From NCBI GenBank assembly GCA_004764695.1, contig SMSO01000032.1, forward strand, positions 4,310,483 through 4,374,482: a stretch of DNA of 64,000 nucleotides, in the 5' to 3' direction. Positions 24,526 through 37,000 of the stretch are shown one piece after another. The notes under the pieces are model-generated. The model made no database searches, was not told the DNA's origin, and saw only the letters and a program-made list of their open reading frames with translations. The DNA is from Schizochytrium sp. TIO01 (taxonomy: Eukaryota > Protista > Bigyra: Labyrinthulomycetes). Position 1 is the first letter of the stretch. Every line of letters starts with the position of its first letter. A program made the position numbers and the translations under genes.

Positions 24526-25786
24526 AATCCCTAAGGGAACACCAAGAACCTCAAGAACCGGAAAATGATTACGCGACAGCAGTCGTGGCCGTCGTCAGCA
24601 GGCCAGAATGGATCAGCGGCCGAAGAGTCAGAAGAGCGGATGCGGCTTCTCTCTCTGTCGATGAGGCAAACCCCACTCGCGCTAGCAGTTCGCCCAGTAG
24701 GTACAGTGATATGCACACAACAGATGATAGAATTGGTGAATCAGTACTTTTTCTTTCTATTCTTCTTCTTCTTCTCTGGTCGTGAATTCCACGAATACCT
24801 GTCGAGCCTCGAATGACCAGCGTTGTCCGGTGCCGAACAAGGCAAGTCGGAGTCTGTTTCGTCGAGACTCGTTGGTGCCGTGAAGCGTTGCTCAGAAACA
24901 GGTTGATAGATACGCCACGCGGCGATGATGTGAGATCGACAACAAACTAGCTGGAAACAGAAAAAGAATAAAGAAAAGAAAAGAGGAGAATGCAGGAAAA
25001 AGAGAGAACACAGAAACAGAAAGAACACCACGCAATAGAACACACTCACGCGGGCGAAAAGATACCTACCACGATGTGGTCTGCCAGCAAGGCCCTCCGC
25101 GTCTCTTCGTCGCACGAGCGACTCCTCTCTGGCTGCCTTCCTCGAGTCCAATGTCTTGCGCCTTCCTCCGTCAGCCTGCACGCGCTTCGCTGTGGTCTCT
25201 TCTCCAGCTGTCTCCTGGTGCTGTCACAGATCAGATTTCAAAGTCAAAATCCCAATCAGACCTCAGCGTGAGGCGAGCGAGGCCTTCCCTGCTCCGCTCG
25301 GAGGGGCTTTCCCAGCTGTCTTCCTGACGTCCTCTGCAGTCTGCTTTTCCTGCGCGCCCGTCCTCCGCGCTGTCGCCGTCGCCGTTGTCTCCGTCGCCGC
25401 CGTCGCTAGTTCGGGTCTGGCGCAGAACCGAAAGAATAGGAAAGAAACAGAGAAAAGCAAACAGATAAACAGACAGATAATCAAAGAACCACGCCAAACC
25501 CAGCAGCGCACGGCGCCCAGTTCGCAGAGTCTTCCCGGCGCGGCGTCCTCGCTCTCGCCTCCTCCTTCTGTCGCCGCCGTTGCCGCTGCTGCTGCTGCTC
25601 CGTCTGGCCTGGCTCGCCTGTCTCGCAGGGAGTGGTCTCTTTCTTCAGGTTTTGCTCGTGGAGTTCCAAAACGTCTTCAACAAAACTCCTCACTTTTCAA
25701 AAACCCACGAAAACAGCGAATAACACGATACCTTCCTACTGCTAGGCTTCTCGCTAGGTGCCCTCCTATTCCACCCTCTTAGGCTG

Positions 25787-25787
25787 T

Positions 25788-25834
<47 letters not shown>

Positions 25835-25896
25835 TATATTTATTTATATATTTGTTTGTTTGTTTGTTTGTTTGTTTGTTTGTTTGTTTGTTTGTT
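25787..25896. repeat. Compound microsatellite (TTTA)n switching to (TTTG)n
   Basis: Read directly from sequence. Confidence 0.95.
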
Positions 25897-26357
25897 ATCC
25901 TTTGCGCTGTTCTATATTGACGTGCTTGCTCTCACCTCACGTTGTTTGTTTGGCTTTTGAACTTCAACCTGAAGAGAGGGTTTCCAATGTGCTTGTTCTT
26001 TTCGTGCATATGCATTCATTATGGCCGTCATGATATTTTTTATTTTATTTCTACAGATATTCAAAGTTCTCAGGCTTTTAGTTTCTTTTAATAACTAAAC
26101 TATACTTTCAATTAGATTCATGACTTGAAATAAAATACAATAAAACTACAATAAAACTACAATAAAAACAGCTTCCACTACCCACATATCTCTACTCCTA
26201 AAATTGAACGAGCCGTTCCGTTCCGTTCCACCCGATGTCCAGCCCACTACCGCTGTCTAGTGGAACGACTAGCAGTGCACCACGTGAGGGAAGAACGAGT
26301 CGAAGGAACATAGACATAGCGCCAACTGAAGAAAGCGCCTCTGCAGACGCTCTGACG

Positions 26358-26413
26358 TATTGATGTATTAATTGATGTATTGATTGATGTATTGATGTAT
26401 TGATGTATTGATG

Positions 26414-26464
<51 letters not shown>

Positions 26465-26532
26465 GTATTGATTGATTGATTGATTGATCGATCGATTGAT
26501 TGATAGATTGATTGATCGATTGATTGATTGAT
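26358..26532. repeat. Compound microsatellite (TGAT)n with TGATGTAT and GATC variants
   Basis: Read directly from sequence. Confidence 0.95.
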
Positions 26533-27176
26533 AGGAGGAACTCGCTCACGACCTTCTGCAGTCCCTTCCGTATCTCTCGGGAAAGAAGCGCACCCGAGTC
26601 AAGTTTGCTTCTCCAGCCTCGCAGCAATTGCTACGAAAGGAAGGCAAGCGCAGCCAAGAGTCCGTCGTCAGTCTGCCAATCAATCAACACATCAATCAAT
26701 CAATCGATCCATCGATCAATCTCTCATCTCTCATTCTGTCAATCCATCAATTCACAGTAAAAGCGCTTGAAAGACCTTGAGAGTAAGAAACGGAGAGAGT
26801 ACTTACAGTACTTACTAAGAAAGGAAGTCTGGTTCCCAATACATACAACTTACTATGTACAATCAAACACTTTCACATTTAGCCCTCTTTTTACCTCCTC
26901 ACACTACCCCCCTAACTCATTTAGGCCTCTTCTTCCATGCCCCTCCACCTAAACACTGCCCCCCGACGCGAGAGTTATAGGGGTGTATCCAGTAACTCCA
27001 CCCGCGAGAAATTTCCTGCCTCAGGGGGCCTCTGTCCCCTCTTGCGCTCGCCGTGCTCACCGTGAGTCTAGTCTTGGTTTGTCTGTTGTTTGTTTCCGCT
27101 TGTTAGCTACTTATCAACTCCGGGGTGTTGCCTCTAGGTCCTTCCGTCTATAGCGCATACTGATATGGCTAGAAAG

Positions 27177-27458
<282 letters not shown>

Positions 27459-29963
27459 GGCGGAAAAGCGTTTTCAAGCACCCTCTTTGGGTTTCTTTCC
27501 ATCACTCCATCGTGGAATAATTCATTTCGCTTCCTTTGCGAGCCTTCCCTGCGACCCGCCCTCTCTCCTTCTCCTCAGCAGGCCTTGCAGCTGCCTTGCC
27601 TCCCTCCTTTCCCCTGGAGAGAGGGAGGTTGTAGGCGGCGCTCGAGACCTTGGCGATGGATCCAAGTCTGCGACGCCAACCTGCGACGCCCTCAAAGTCA
27701 ATGTCCTTGATTTTTAATTATGAACGAAAATATGGGAACGGAACGGAACGGAGTAGAACAGAACGGGCAGTCGTCAGCTCTGCTTTAGGTAGCAGGATAT
27801 GTTGGCAATCGGAATGGATGATTGATTGATGCATTGATGCATTGATTGATTTCCAATCCGCCTTTGGTTTAGGTTGGCTTAGCTTACTTGTTTTTATGAT
27901 CTATTTGTAAGTCTAAACAATGTGAAGAAGACGCAAAAGAACGGTACGCGGTAGGTACTAGTGATTGTGGAAAGAAGAACACCGCTGTGAAGCCCTGCTG
28001 GAATTCGTTATCCGCTTTGTTGTTACCCTCTAGCTAGAGAGGGAGAAGAAGCTGAGACCCTTCTCTTGAAGAAGTTCGCAATAGCAGGTGCTGCTCAAGA
28101 ATGCCCAACTGTGAAGGATTGATTGAGTTTACAACTTGAAGAAAGAGCGTTTCAGTCTCTTATACCAGACAGCCAGGTAGCAGTAGCATAGCCGAAGCTA
28201 GAGAACGAATGAAAGACACCGAAGCTTTTTTCTTTCTTTCTTTCTTTCAAGTTTAGATCTCTTTATTTTCCTTTTTCTCTTTCCCTTTCTTTTATCATTA
28301 AGTTCTTTTCGAGGCAATGTTCTCTTTCTGTGTTCTGTTCTCGCTGAGCACGCAAGTTGGCGAAGATGGCTTTCGTGCTGATTCTGCAGGCCGTGACTGT
28401 GCGGAGATATCATCTCTGTGGCGGAGCTCGAGGCTGAAAACTTGAAGGCAGAGCGGTGTCGGCTGTGCCTCAAAGACAGCCGGGGCCGTACGGTCTACTG
28501 CACGTTTCTTTTCGTTTGCCGTGATGGATATAATGGTTTACTTGGGAAGAACCGCGACAAACGGTGTTCTCTTCTGGCCGGTTCTTAACCTTCGCGAGGA
28601 TGCAGAGTCGAGTTCTGCTCTCTAAGTGTCCAGTGAAGACTGCCGATCTGCTGCCGGTGAATCACGACGCACGCGTTACCCCTCAGGATAACCCTTCTTC
28701 TCGTGTAGACCGCTGCGGCTGATCTTGTCTCCGAGACCCGCTCCCTTTGCCTTTCCTGACAAACCCTCGATTAGGAGTTGTGTTGTACAGGTCATCGCTA
28801 AATCGATCGGTTGCTCAATCGACGGAATCGACTCTCGACCTGTCAGCCAAGGTGCTAGCTGCGCAAAGCTCGCATCCAAGGCCTAGGACAGCTGCCTGGC
28901 GTGACAGCGGCGCAGCGATTACACTTGGCCTAGCCTATGGCGGTTTCGGAGTAGTTCAAGTTCAAGTTCAAGTTCATTTCGCGCAGAGCAGAACCTTTCA
29001 ATCATACTATTTCTTGGTGTGGTGTAGGAAATGTTGACTGTTTCAAGAGGGTGGCTGGACCAATCTTGAACCCACTGAAAGACGAATTGGGATCCTCATA
29101 CGCCATCTAGGTACGCCTGAGACGAACTGAAAGGCATGGATAGAGATATCATTGAGCAGAGTTGAGTGTGCACCTCCACTCTTCCAGGGGTTCTGGTTTA
29201 TGGTATCTGCCGAGTGGCAGGAGCTAACTAGCCACCTAGACAGGTACCCGCCCACGCAGAAGAGTCAAATTGCAAAGAAGCATGCTCAAACCTTGTGTAT
29301 ATTCCCAGCTGTCTTGCCTTGAAACCAGCAGAGCCAGGAGATTGATACACTCACGACCACAGTAGGTAGTGAGTGTAGTTGCCGAAATCTTCGTTGCAAT
29401 GATCTTTCAAAGCAGTAGCTAGAAGATAGTCACGGTACACCGGGATTTCTTGATTTCCAGTTCTTCGCAGGAGTTCGAAGACGGACAGCAAATTATCTTA
29501 AAGGGGCGAAAAAGAGGACCCGCCTGGGTCCAAGTGGGGACAGAGATTTTTTGTTCTAAAGTCGACAACCATCATAAAGAACAGGAGCAATGCGAACTTG
29601 TTAAATCTCCCTCTTCTGCGAAATGAAAGAAGAAAACAAAGATAGCAAAGGATGCATACATACGGCAAGCACCAAGATGCTAGAAAAAAGGGGAATATAG
29701 GCAAAGACAACATGGGCAAAGACGAAAGGCGATGGTGACAGGTGCCACTACTCCAGATTTTGACTCAAAACTCCAGGCAACGAAGTTAAAAATATAAGGT
29801 TCGACCGAAGCTTCTCCTCGTGACTAAAGAATAACCGGATGTTGAACAAGAACCTGGAGTTGAAAGAGGTGAGAGAAAAGAATTGAAAAGAGCAAAACCA
29901 GGGTTTATTATATCTAGTAGAGGTAAATTTATCAACAAGGGCGGGTAATGCGTTTAGAGCATT

Positions 29964-31595
29964 TTAAAAGAAGGACGAAGTTGGTGTGGCAATGTTAAGG
30001 TTACGCGATTTGCGCACAAGGTCAGCAGTCTTTGGTGAGAGATTATCGTCAGATGGGTGGCGACTAGGCTTGTCAAGGTTGGGTGTTGAAGTAGCGAACT
30101 TGCTGTATGCCCTGTTAGCCTCGTCCTCCGAATCAAAGTATCCCATGCAGGAGCGCATACCGTTGACAGTAATGTCCACACGGTAGCGACCCGCAACCTT
30201 GCAATAGCTCACCCCGGAGCATTTACTTGCTGAGGCATTCTGAGACGCCTGCGATGGTGTTGGGCGCTGCTTCTTACGCGGTGACCCGTAGTCAGACCCC
30301 GCATCATCGTCCATGACGCCCGCTGCATCTGGCGGAATCTGCAACTCGAGATTCGGGCGGCGCTTGGTCGAGTTTACCGAACTGTTATTGGGGTTAATAC
30401 TTGAGTTGCGCACGTCATCATCGTAGTGCATTTTACTAAAAACATCTTTCTGCAAGCTTTCATAGTTGTTATTGCTCGGCATTCTTGGCGAAGTCATTGG
30501 AGAAGAGAACGGTGAAATGTATGGTGAAGGAAAGACCGCAGCAAAGTTGTCAAGCGAGGAAGGCCCGTCAACAGAAAAGTTTTGTGAAAATTGCGGAATC
30601 TCATCAAAGGCACCGGGAGGGCCTCCAAAGTCGTAAGGATGACGCGGCTGAATTTTGGTCATTGAAGGTTTGCTTGAACCGATTGACAGGAATGACGTTC
30701 CGGGATAGGGTTTGCTTGACATGGGCTTTACAACAGGGGGCGGCGGGACCAATTTGGTGCTGGGGTGAAGTTGCGGTGCGGATTTGCCCATGATGACTGC
30801 TTCACGAGTTGGCTGAGGGATAATTCCATCGGGAAAATTGAGGCGACCTTGGTTGCCGCGCCACTTCTTGCTTGCCTCATCGTACTTCTTGGCAGCTTCA
30901 ACCTCAGTATCAAAGTAGCCGAGGAACTTCTGCACCTTGTTCACAGTGATAACACTCTTCCACTTTTGAGACTTGTAGTTAAAAGAGACGCCGCGGTACT
31001 CGGAGCTCTTGCGGCGACCAGTTTTACTGAGATTCGAGCCACGTGGGGAGTTGGTTTGGCGGGCATTAATGGGTGAAGACCTTGGCACAACAAAGGCTGG
31101 TGCAGTTGTGGCCATGGGTAATGCGTACGTATTCATCTTGGATGGTGTCAAGTAGCAGTTGCTTGAATTATCAAGAATTGCTGCATTTGTGCTCACGGCG
31201 GGCTTACGAAGGCTGTAGTTTGATTGGCCGATCATCTTCGTCTTGTTGAAGTTCATCATGCTGCTGCTGTTGTTCACAGGCATTGATTTGTTGTTGTTGT
31301 TGTTATTGTTGTTGTTGTTGTTAACGGAGACACCGGAGTTGCTACTGCTGCTGCTATCGATGAGGCTGTTGCCAATTCTGATCTTCTTGTGGTCGTCGTT
31401 GCCGCTGACGCTGGTACTGCTGTGCATATCGTCCTGCAGGTCCTGCTCCTTGCCGTCAGCGTCTCCATCTCCAAAGGGGCTGAGCTCGTCCAGGAAGGCC
31501 AAGTCCTTGGTGGACACGTCGATCAGCAAGCCATCAGGCTCTGAGAGAGAGCCAAAGGCATCAAAGAACTCGTCATGTGCACCATCGAGTTCCAT
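29964..31595 (-). CDS. AP2/ERF-domain transcription factor with two AP2 domains (543 aa)
   Basis: First ATG at 31595 (MELDGAHDEFF). AP2 domain 1, SSEYRGVSFNYKSQKWKSVITVNKVQKFLGYFDTEVEAAKKYDEASKKWRGNQGRLNFP (30831..31010), has the YRGV, W, LG.F..E.EAA..YD and LNFP hallmarks. AP2 domain 2 (30096..30227) is degenerate. Also a poly-N tract, acidic N-terminus and NLS-like PRKKQR. Confidence 0.92.
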   Translation of the reverse strand: MELDGAHDEFFDAFGSLSEPDGLLIDVSTKDLAFLDELSPFGDGDADGKEQDLQDDMHSSTSVSGNDDHKKIRIGNSLIDSSSSSNSGVSVNNNNNNNNNNNKSMPVNNSSSMMNFNKTKMIGQSNYSLRKPAVSTNAAILDNSSNCYLTPSKMNTYALPMATTAPAFVVPRSSPINARQTNSPRGSNLSKTGRRKSSEYRGVSFNYKSQKWKSVITVNKVQKFLGYFDTEVEAAKKYDEASKKWRGNQGRLNFPDGIIPQPTREAVIMGKSAPQLHPSTKLVPPPPVVKPMSSKPYPGTSFLSIGSSKPSMTKIQPRHPYDFGGPPGAFDEIPQFSQNFSVDGPSSLDNFAAVFPSPYISPFSSPMTSPRMPSNNNYESLQKDVFSKMHYDDDVRNSSINPNNSSVNSTKRRPNLELQIPPDAAGVMDDDAGSDYGSPRKKQRPTPSQASQNASASKCSGVSYCKVAGRYRVDITVNGMRSCMGYFDSEDEANRAYSKFATSTPNLDKPSRHPSDDNLSPKTADLVRKSRNLNIATPTSSFF

Positions 31596-31994
31596 CTTGT
31601 GCTCGGTGGCCTCCAGCCGCACAAGTTCTCCTCAATGCTCCTCAGGCTACTTGCGCCGAGTCGAACCAGCCAGCACTTCTCCTTCGCTAGCCGGTTTCAG
31701 GGTCTGCTGGCCTCGCTGCCGCCAACTTCTTGGAGGTCTGCTGCTCTTTTGATTGCTGTTACGTCAAGCCGACAGGCTTTTGATTTTTGCTGGGGCACGA
31801 GAGCGCTCGTTACCTTCCGGTTCTGCGCCCTCTCGAGTGATCTGTGTCTGTTTCTTTTTCTTCTTTCTTTTTCTCTTTATCTTTCTCTTTCTCTTTCTTT
31901 TCTGTTTTCTTTCTCTTTTGGTCGACCTAAAACTTGCTAAGCTCTCTCGCGCCGCAAGATCGAGATCTGCCGGGTAGGTAGATGGAGGCGCGGT

Positions 31995-32014
31995 CACGTG
32001 CGTCGAGCCAATGA
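31995..32014. promoter_or_regulatory. Adjacent CACGTG (G/E-box) and AGCCAATGA (NF-Y-type CCAAT box) ~400 bp upstream of the AP2 ATG
   Basis: CACGTG at 31995-32000 and AGCCAATGA at 32006-32014, in a GC-rich promoter-like patch. Function is inferred. Confidence 0.4.
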
Positions 32015-33781
32015 GGCCGTACCGCTGCCAAACAGCCTGCTTGCTTTAGCTCTTTCGGCTGCTGCTCTTTCGCGAGGATGTTGGTTTCGTTCTGTTGCGC
32101 CTCGCTCCGCGCGAGCGAGTTACTTGTTTGCTGTTGCTCGCAGTTTTCTGCAACCACACAAGATATAGAGGTGCAGGACCGACCGCTTCTTTCCCCTCTC
32201 TAGCAATTGTTATTAATAATAATTGTTAGTACTTTTTTTAGTTCGATCTTTTTAGTTCTATTCTTTTCTCCTTTTCTCTCACTTTGGTTGGTTTCGATCG
32301 TCCCTTTAGAATACGAATGTCTTCGCGGAGATCATGGCGAAGAGACCTCACCCCTTAAGGCTGCACCCCCGTTTAAACATCGCTATTCTCATTATACATC
32401 ATCTACGGCTGTACTTCGGTCAGTCACCGGAGAGGATGCAGAAGTTTTTTTTTAAAGTTGTTTTTAAAATATAAATTAATAAATTAATAAAATTAATCGA
32501 AAAATTAGTACAGAATGACTTTTCTCACCTCCTTCTTTATAGGTGAGCCTTTGCAGGCTTCGCCGCGAGAGGAGATGGCGTCAGCGAGGGCAAACGCGCG
32601 GCGCTCGCTTGTTTGCTTGCTTGCTTGCTCGTTTTCAAGGCACATTGAAGCTCCTGTCTGGTGAGCGCTAAACACATGCATTGGAGGACCCCGGCTCGAC
32701 TTCTCCAGCTGGTCCGCGGCGGCTTCTCGGCGGCCTTCCGCGCGGAGGCCCGCCATTATGATCGAGCAGCTCTAAACAATTCTAAATGTTTATTTTATGA
32801 ACTAAATCATAAATTAGTTTTTTCTGCGCTCAAAGAAAGAAGAAAGAAAGAAGAAAGAAAGGAAGAAAGAAAGAAAGAAAGAAGGTGAAATACCTACTTT
32901 TGCACAGCAAGACTCGGGAAGAAACAACATGCTTGATCGTCCAGAAGAAACCTTTCACCCGGACCATCGCCAGAGATTATTCATAGAAGGGCGGAATGCT
33001 TTTGCAGTAGCTCACATCTTCGAGGGGGAGAGCCTTCGATACCTGCACTGCGGCGCCGCTCTTCAGCTGGCGACTCCTTGCATTTCAAACAAACAAACAA
33101 ACAAACAAACAAACAAAAAAAGCCCCTCTGAAGAAAATAAAATAATCTCAAAGAACAATTATAGCTTTTTCATTTGTCTATTAATTTATTAATCTATTAA
33201 TTTATTATATATGTTTTAGTTAGTTAGTTAGTTAGTTAGTTAAATAGTTAGTTATATGTACCACGCGAGGGAATGTTATTTCCCCTTTCAAATTCGTTTA
33301 TCCGCGCTGATTTACTGTGGTGAACCATAGAGTTTCGACTAGGCAGATCCGCGCCGCGTAGCGCGGACTTTTGCGCGGGACCGGCTGCCTGCGAGGCCTC
33401 TGCTTTCCCTTCGCATTCGCCTCCCGGCCGGCAGCTTGTTCCCCATTCGCAGAGACGCTGGCGACGCCCAGGCAGGCAGGCAGGCAGGCAGGCCGGCCTT
33501 CGCCTGGCAGCCCTCACTGCTGCTCCGCTTGCCAGGCAAGGCCTAGCGGACAGAGCGAGCTCCACATTTGTGCTCACTCGTTCACTCATTCACTCATTCA
33601 CTCAATCACTCATTCGTTCATTCATTCATTCGCACTCACTGCAAAACGATGAAAGACCTCCTTCTTTCAAAGCTCTCTGAAAGAAGGAAGAGGAAGAAGA
33701 CGTAATGAATGCAAAGAAAAGAGAAGAGAAGAGAAGAGAAGAGAAGAGAAGACTCATCACTCGTTTCGATCCTCCGGAAAA

Positions 33782-33813
<32 letters not shown>

Positions 33814-33827
33814 GAGTTGCGAGAATG

Positions 33828-33881
33828 AGCCAATGAACCGCAAACCAGCGATCCACAGACCAATGCTTCACAGACCAATGA
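33828..33881. promoter_or_regulatory. Cluster of three CCAAT boxes
   Basis: AGCCAATGA at 33828 plus two copies of CACAGACCAATG (33854, 33869). All match the NF-Y consensus RRCCAATS. Confidence 0.4.
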
Positions 33882-34047
33882 GTCGTGAAGTCATCAAGAA
33901 GGCTGACTGAGCCAGCCAGCAATGCTTACGGCGAGAAGACAGCGTGAGCTAAAAGATGAGGGACCGACTACGCAAGAAAGATAACGGGGATAGCGAGCAA
34001 ATAAAGTGCGAAAGTGCGCGACTGACGGAGTGAGAGGAGGCCTGCTC

Positions 34048-34092
34048 TGCCGCGTTCTCTGTGCCGCGTTCTCTGTGCCGCGTTCTCTGTGC
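34048..34092. repeat. 14-bp tandem repeat TGCCGCGTTCTCTG x3
   Basis: Read directly from sequence. Confidence 0.9.
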
Positions 34093-37000
34093 TGCAAGGT
34101 CGATTTGCAACGCGGGGTTTCGAGGAGGCGACATCTTGAAAGATCAGAGGACCTCAACTTCTGCTTTGGCAGCGGAGGTTGTGCGATGGGAGAAGAAGCT
34201 CGACCGCTGCCTTACAGGTGGCCGGCGTCCGTCGAACTCTGCAGGGATTAATTAGCACGATGTTGGCGATGATCTGAGGATCAGCAGTGAACATGATCCC
34301 GCATCACCGCACCAAGGACCAACGATTTTATTAATTCTGAGAATCCGCCAAATGGGGTGACAAGAGAATTATTGAAGAAAGCTATGTCTCCTCCCGTTGT
34401 TGGCAAGCGAAGAGAGGCTCGCGAGTGATCACAATGACAGAGCGGCGAGCATATGTGTAAACATAATTCACCAAACGGGCCATGGCTCCTCAAGCGGCGA
34501 CAATGTGCTGCGATAGAAGATAGCATTCTAATCCCTCAGCAGCAATGGTACAAAATGACTTCCAAAATACAAAATACATTCATATAGAAAGAAATACTTC
34601 TTCTTATTTTAAAATAATTTTTTCACAAATGCTGTTTCAAAGTTAGAATATCAGACACAAAGGTAGAAGAAGTAAGATCGCCGCCTTTGACGAGACAGAA
34701 TACCTTCCTCGTCGGGATCAGGTTTGAATAGCAGAGCCACAAGGTGTATGTCAGGCCAAATGGATGCCTGTAGCGACCTTGGATCTCGCCCTCACGCCCA
34801 CGTGAGTCGGTATAGACGTCACCCCCAGTATTCTCGTGAGCAGCCCGCATTGCTTTTCAATATTCAATATTTTTATTCTTCCAGCTTGGTTTTAATTTTT
34901 ATCTTGTATTTTTTAAATGAAGAATACTATATCGGATTTGAAATCGTATAGGTAGTTTTTAATAAAAAGAAGTACGGCCTGCAAAGAAAAAGGCGTAGAA
35001 CTCCACTTAACCGCTGATGCTTTTGTAAGAAGAGAGAGTATAGAATTTTATAAAATTAAAAATGATTGAAATGTGTTTCTTTCTATTTTCTATGGCTGTA
35101 CATATTATTTTAAGATGTAATAAATATCTTCAAGTGCAGATAATGAGGAGCAAAATACAGCCGCCCAACGAAACCATGTTAGGCTCACTCATCACTTGGA
35201 GAGGATTAAAGACAATCTTCTTCGTGATGCAATAGGGAAGGCGCCATAAGTTCAAGGCTCCTCCGACTGCTTCTGGCAAGACGAAAATGTGTTTTAGAAA
35301 TGTGTTTCTTATTATATTTTTTAATATTTCATTAACATAACTGACTGCCAGCCTGACTAACTTCCTCTTAACCATTCTTACTGATTGTATTTAAACTTTA
35401 AAATGAATGGAAAAAAACAGGTTCTGGCTTTACATTTTGGGCGAATAAAACCATTGGCGATACATCCCACAAGAATACCTGGTCTAACCAATATGTTGAC
35501 TTCCCAGCTAAACTTTGCTGCACAGCACTCTCTCCGCGTTTGAGTAAGCTTCAGTCGGTGACTGTGAGCCAATCAACCCGGATCTAATATTCGGAAGGAA
35601 AATTATATCTTTTTATTGCGTGCGTGCTTTATCATGTACCAAATACACTCACGCAAACCCAAGAGTGGAATCAGTACCATAGAGACGAATGTCTAGCTTC
35701 GAAAGGGCAACTCACTAGCTAAATTAAGGCGGGGAGTAACTTCAATTCACGACGCAAGCAATCGAGTGTTCCTCTTCTCTGTACGCACAACTGCATCCTG
35801 CACGCGCTGGCTCGCCCATCTCGAATGAATGCACGGTGAATGAAAAGAGGGTTGCACCCTCTGCAGGGCTCCGCACTGAGCCGTTCACACGAGAAAGAGA
35901 AAGGGCCACAGCCTCCACATGCTATCCGGCATTAAAACAAACAATCAATGCATGTAGGAAGGGTACAAACCGTCAACCTTGAAGGCCTGGGGCTATAAAG
36001 TGTCGTCTTCAAGATAAACCCTACCTCGGAATATCTTACTTTGAAGAGGTCGAAATGCAGAAAAGGAGCATATGCTCTTGGCGAGAATATCTCAAAATAT
36101 GCACCACCTCTGGATGAGTGAGCTGTGTGATAAGGCAAGGCTCTTTAACCTGAGTCTTCAGTAAAATAGTAAAATCATAGACCAAAGAAGGCGCCTTTGC
36201 CTTCCAAAGAGCAAACGCACTGCAGGTCGCGCTTAAGTACTGACAAGAGGGATTATAGTATCGGCAATGAGCGCCGGAAGGAGCAGCCATCGGTAGAACA
36301 CTTGTTTTAAGGAAGCGTCGAAACGTGTAAGAACTGACTGACAAAAGGTAGGCGAGTTAAGCCAGGCCGCGCCGCAATTTCATTTTTTGAGGGCATCTCT
36401 TCCCAATTATGATGAGTATCGCCTCGCGCGGTCAGTCGAATTTTGATGTTTTGTCACAGCTGACTAAGCGAAATGCGAAATAGCACTTTTTCAAAGCAAT
36501 GTGCGTTATAACTTCATTGTAGATTCTGATTCCTGGCAGGCTTGGGGTGCCGAGGGTGTTTATCCTCGATTTAGTAAAGCAAGTACCTTACCAGTGGCAG
36601 TTTACGGAGACCCTGAACTTGTGCATGTGCGGAAAGCGTCTCTTGTGTCGTGCTGTGCGTGGCCTTCAACATGAGTTTATTCGTTTCTTTTCTTCTCCTC
36701 TCTTTTCTTTTTGTTTAAGCTGCAGCCCTACCTCATAGTAGCACCAGAGTAGTAGTGTTCCTCCCCGCTTCTTCTCTTTTCTGAAAAAACAAATAAAAAT
36801 AAAATAAAATAAAATCATTCGACAAAACGACTTCGATAATACATTCATGCATACGTAAACATGGAGAACGACCTGCCTGCCAGGAAGAGAACTCGCAGCG
36901 CTGTCTTCTGCGCCAAGTTTGCAGAGAAACCTCGAGGTAGGTGGGTATCTAGTGACTCCAAAGTTCAACGGCGTCGGACTTGCGATGGTCCTTCTTTTCC

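Noticed and set aside
24354-25782. Cluster of 80-208-aa ORFs on both strands
   Set aside because: GC-rich, low-complexity promoter or leader-like DNA with embedded repeats. Multiple frames are open and none has protein-like features.
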